A stretch of DNA of 64,000 nucleotides from Candidatus Latescibacterota bacterium. GTDB lineage: Bacteria; Latescibacterota; UBA2968; UBA8231. The notes below the pieces were generated by a model that saw only the letters and a program-made list of their open reading frames with translations, had not been told where the DNA came from and did no database searches. Within the stretch, counting starts at the first letter, position 1, and every line of letters starts with the position of its first letter. The position numbers and the translations under genes are program-made. The stretch lies in the NCBI GenBank assembly GCA_965248265.1, contig CBDFJF010000002.1, positions 3,872,001 through 3,936,000 on the forward strand. The letters are read 5' to 3'. Positions 60,458-64,000 of the stretch are shown here, piece by piece.

Positions 60458-61201
60458 ATGTCGAACGTGAGAGGTTGCGTGTCAGAGATCACTAAGCATA
60501 TAGGGATTGCGATCAACGATGCAGATGCTGGCAGAATCACCTATCAGCATCTACTAAAGATCTTCCAAGAGGCAATTGATAATGGTGACATTCTCCTCGA
60601 AGAAAACGAGCTGTACGTAGTAGGTACTGTCTTGCCCCTTTTGGATCGGGATGTTCTAAAGAGATCTCCCTACGTTGACGATTTCGAGGCAAGGATGAAT
60701 GCCACTTTGCAGGGGTGGATTCGCAATCGTCAGGACGCAACTGCTGGTATGGGTTCCAATTCAGACGTCACCGTCTCGTCCGAACCGACCGAGGTGGCTC
60801 CATTGGAATCTGAACCAGACGTTGCTCACCAAGTTGTGAAACGCAAACGGACGCTGTTGCTGAATGTACTCATCGTCGCAGCACATATCGCCATAGCAGC
60901 GTTGACAGGAAGTCCCTGGGTGATGTTCAGTGGGTTTCTCCTGCTTGCGGTGGGGATTCGCTGTGCAACGCTCTGCTGGTTGAGGTTCACGCGTGCAGAG
61001 TCAGAGAGGCCATCCCTCGTGTTCATTCTTGCCAATTTGGTTCTTGGAATACTTTTCGCCTCAGTTCTTCTCTGGTTCCTTTGGTGGCTCGGCCGCTTCT
61101 GGCTACCCGGCATCAAGATACTTGCCCCCGCTATAGCGGTTTTCGTGGCGTACAAGTCAACCTTCCCGTTAGGACCATCCAGACAGGACACACAAACATG
61201 A
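60458..61201 (+). CDS. Hypothetical membrane protein
   Basis: Soluble N-terminal half, four C-terminal TM helices. Confidence 0.65.
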   Translation: MSNVRGCVSEITKHIGIAINDADAGRITYQHLLKIFQEAIDNGDILLEENELYVVGTVLPLLDRDVLKRSPYVDDFEARMNATLQGWIRNRQDATAGMGSNSDVTVSSEPTEVAPLESEPDVAHQVVKRKRTLLLNVLIVAAHIAIAALTGSPWVMFSGFLLLAVGIRCATLCWLRFTRAESERPSLVFILANLVLGILFASVLLWFLWWLGRFWLPGIKILAPAIAVFVAYKSTFPLGPSRQDTQT

Positions 61202-61271
61202 GTCCGCTACCGCCCTGAAAACACCATCCGGACATCGAAGGCCCGACGAAGTCACATCGATCACCACAAAC

Positions 61272-61883
61272 TCATTCGTGTTTGGTCCTCAACAGCTCCA
61301 CCACTTCCTCGACCGTGGCCAGCCTGTGCTTCATCGAGAATTCCTCCAACCAGGCCGCAGCCTGCAGGCTGTGCTGGTAAGCCTCATCAGGACTGATCTG
61401 TTCCTCGATTTGCTTCAGCGCAGCAGGACCAACGATCCCGTGAAACTTCGCCAGGCGCTCGATCGACGGGTGCCGGTTGTGGAACTTGATCGACACGCCG
61501 TCCTTCGTGTCCGTCACACTGGAGATACACCTGCGGATCTCCACTGGCACTGATTCGAGATCCTTCACCACGACACCCCTGGAGCTGAACGAGAGCACTT
61601 CGAGGGGGTCCAGAGAAGCCTGGTCCGAGTCTAGCTTCAGCACTTCTGCCCTACTCAGATGCGTCTCCTGCTCGACCTTCTCAGCCACCTGTGCCTGCAG
61701 ATATTGAAGTCGGGCCTGGATGATGTCATTTGATTTCAGGCGAGAGGCATTCCCTCGATTGTCCTTGAACCCCGCGAGCCGGTAGGCCTCGTCGGCTGAT
61801 TTGCCTTCCAGGAGGTGGAGACAGAATTGTTCGCGTCTCTGGTTGGGTAGGGGCTTTGAGGGGGTAGGGACAAGATCAGTCAT
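61272..61883 (-). CDS. Phage terminase small subunit-like protein
   Basis: RREQFC..G.SA.EAY..AGF....NASRL....IQAR...LQ. Confidence 0.75.
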   Translation of the reverse strand: MTDLVPTPSKPLPNQRREQFCLHLLEGKSADEAYRLAGFKDNRGNASRLKSNDIIQARLQYLQAQVAEKVEQETHLSRAEVLKLDSDQASLDPLEVLSFSSRGVVVKDLESVPVEIRRCISSVTDTKDGVSIKFHNRHPSIERLAKFHGIVGPAALKQIEEQISPDEAYQHSLQAAAWLEEFSMKHRLATVEEVVELLRTKHE

Positions 61884-62147
61884 GACGGCCTTCTCCGTGG
61901 CGACAAGCGCGCGTAGTGAACTCTACTACTAAGATACAGGCCGTGCCTGTTGTGGGCTAGCCTCCATGCTCAGGAGCGTGTCAGCCATGCTCTCAGCCAT
62001 CTGCCGCCTCGCTCACGGGCTTCCCAAGCCATGTTGTGTTATAGTTCTGTTGCTCCAGATGATGCCCTGCTCACCTGGCCCCCCGCGCGCTCGGCCTTGG
62101 CCCCGCTTCTTCCTCTCAGCGCGGGCCTCGTATGCCGGAACAACAGC

Positions 62148-63998
62148 ATGGATCTTGGCCCCACCACCTTCGATGATCCGCACATAAAGACTGCGATCCT
62201 CGGGGCGATACGCGAAGGTGAAGACCTTCCCTTTACTTCCGAGTTGGATCAAGCCCTCTCCACAAACTGGCGAGGATTTGAGAGTTCGACCAAGCCCCTG
62301 GCTGCCCTGCAGAGCATGCTTCGACATGAGGATGTTCCGCGCCTGCTAGAGCATTCCCAAGGACCTCCCCTGAAAGCGTTCCGGGCCTTGTGGCACTCCG
62401 GCCTCTTCCGCAAGGCTCGAGAGCTCGCTCAGGACTCAGAGCTGGGCATCGGGGTGCCTTCCACTCCCACTTCGACCGTGCGTTCTGCTGGGCCACATAT
62501 ATACACTCAGCCTCAGGAGGAAGGATTCGCTGATGCAGAAACCCTGTCGGAGTGGGGAATCTGGGGCATTTCGGCGGAGGCGCTAAGACTCATGAGGGAC
62601 GTGCTCATTCGGGGGTCGCTACCGTGGGTTCTACGATCGAACATACTGCTCACCGGACCCGAAGGCACGGACAAACTGAACGTCGCTCGAGCCCTGCACG
62701 CCCTCAGAAAACGGGGACACTTCGAGATACTCGACTGCCGGTGTATCGAGTCAGACCCAAGCGAGCTGATCCAGGCGTGTGTAGCGGGTGGGACCGTTTT
62801 CCTTAGGGGCCTTGAGTTAGTGCCTGCGCAGTGGGGAGCAGCCGTTTACGAGGCCGTGGCGCCAACGCACAAACTAAGAGGAAAAGAAGCTTCTATTCGT
62901 GAAGACGAAGCGATTCACATCGCTGACACTCTATTCATCGTGGACGTAAGCAATCGATATGCACACGGGGTAGCGGGCGCGCTCTGCCGCCAAGGTCACT
63001 GGGACGAGGTGGGAATGCCGCCCCTCTCGCAGCGTACGGCAGACATTCCACTCCTGGTGAACCAAGCTCTACTGAGACACGGAGTGCCAAGCCCGATAGA
63101 CGAGAGCCGCCATCGTTTCGCCGTTGCGTTGTGGGAGTTCTACGAGGAACATGAGCCACCAGGCGACAGTGCTTGGCTGGAGAGCGAGATAAAACGATGG
63201 CTGGGGTTTCTGGCGCCCGCGACATTGCCGGCACAGAGCGATCCCGTAAGTGAATCCACGGACACACTTATGGACGAACAATCAGAGTGCGTTTTCAGAC
63301 ACGCAGACAACCGATGGGAATTCGTGTTTGAGGGCATGAGACGCGATGTGGCCGTGGCCCTAGATGGATTCCGTTATATACGGTATTTACTGAAAACAGG
63401 GGGCTGGGAAGGGGGAGTGTCGGCTACTGACGTCCGAGCCTGTAAGATCAGCCGCGAGGTGGCGGGCTACGAGGACGAAGCAACGCGCCAAACGGACAGA
63501 GCCATCAGTGAAGGTAAGATGCAGAGTGACAGGACCCAGGTCGCTCGCCATATCACCGGGATGGTGCCCGACGACCCAGAGGACGACTCCTCATTGAGTG
63601 AGGGTGAATTGGATGAGGGTGATAACGACGGGAAAAGGGTAGATCGTGGCGAAATTACGGATCCTCAGACAGTAAATGTCGTCACAAAGGGGATTGCGGA
63701 CATCGAAGAGGAACTAAGGATAGAGGAAATGGATCGAGAGAAGCGAGAACAACTGGAAGAAAAGAGAATCCAGCTCAAACGCTATCTCAGTGAGAGCACT
63801 GGCCTTGGTGGTCATCCGCGCAAATTTTCGGAACAACAGAAGAAAGATCGGGATGCTGTGAGGAATGCGATCGGGCGAGCGAAGAAGCTTCTAGATATGC
63901 ACCATCCGATTCTTGCAGGACACATCCACAGCTACGTGCACTACTCGGGGGGTACCTGGCACTATACGCCCCCCAAGCCCCTCGACTGGCACACCTAA
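62148..63998 (+). CDS. Hypothetical protein with degenerate sigma-54-activator-like AAA domain
   Basis: ILLTGPEGTDK..VARALH, GGTVFL, PPLSQRTADIPLL; no GAFTGA loop. Confidence 0.7.
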   Translation: MDLGPTTFDDPHIKTAILGAIREGEDLPFTSELDQALSTNWRGFESSTKPLAALQSMLRHEDVPRLLEHSQGPPLKAFRALWHSGLFRKARELAQDSELGIGVPSTPTSTVRSAGPHIYTQPQEEGFADAETLSEWGIWGISAEALRLMRDVLIRGSLPWVLRSNILLTGPEGTDKLNVARALHALRKRGHFEILDCRCIESDPSELIQACVAGGTVFLRGLELVPAQWGAAVYEAVAPTHKLRGKEASIREDEAIHIADTLFIVDVSNRYAHGVAGALCRQGHWDEVGMPPLSQRTADIPLLVNQALLRHGVPSPIDESRHRFAVALWEFYEEHEPPGDSAWLESEIKRWLGFLAPATLPAQSDPVSESTDTLMDEQSECVFRHADNRWEFVFEGMRRDVAVALDGFRYIRYLLKTGGWEGGVSATDVRACKISREVAGYEDEATRQTDRAISEGKMQSDRTQVARHITGMVPDDPEDDSSLSEGELDEGDNDGKRVDRGEITDPQTVNVVTKGIADIEEELRIEEMDREKREQLEEKRIQLKRYLSESTGLGGHPRKFSEQQKKDRDAVRNAIGRAKKLLDMHHPILAGHIHSYVHYSGGTWHYTPPKPLDWHT

Positions 63999-64000
63999 CC

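Larger units (their letters stand above)
54907..64000. mobile_element. selC-associated integrative element / phage-satellite-like island; other end not in window
   Basis: tRNA-Sec 3' duplicate, tyrosine and serine recombinases, XRE regulator, terminase small subunit, lower-GC cargo. Confidence 0.7.

Overview
GC-rich bacterial DNA, probably from a Latescibacterota/Krumholzibacteriota-like lineage (inferred from FlgD-like domains and TWGxxK C-terminal tails). Positions 1-16.8 kb are ordinary chromosome (nadC, aceE, hydrolases). Positions 17-64 kb are a layered accessory region with five components. (i) An integrase-less integron cassette array at about 18.2-35.7 kb, with 11 attC sites (nine sharing a branched central fold) and three minimal attI-like TAAAAGCAG|TT junctions. 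(ii) A complete group II intron, an IS481 and an IS3. (iii) A block of secreted-protein genes. (iv) An island bounded by a displaced tRNA-Sec 3' fragment, carrying a nuclease-like/kinase/unknown three-gene operon, a tyrosine recombinase, a serine recombinase and a terminase small subunit. (v) The main unexplained signal: a second, non-attC family of about 29-bp 11-7-11 palindromic sites (arm consensus TGACCATCGGA-N7-TCCGATGGTCA). About 16-19 copies sit at gene boundaries from 17 to 58 kb, overlap stop codons, flank the M6 protease gene as an exact direct repeat, are hit by the intron, and form a tandem pair beside the tyrosine recombinase. This may be an undescribed recombinase-driven gene-cassette system. 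All alignments were made by eye and no statistics were computed.
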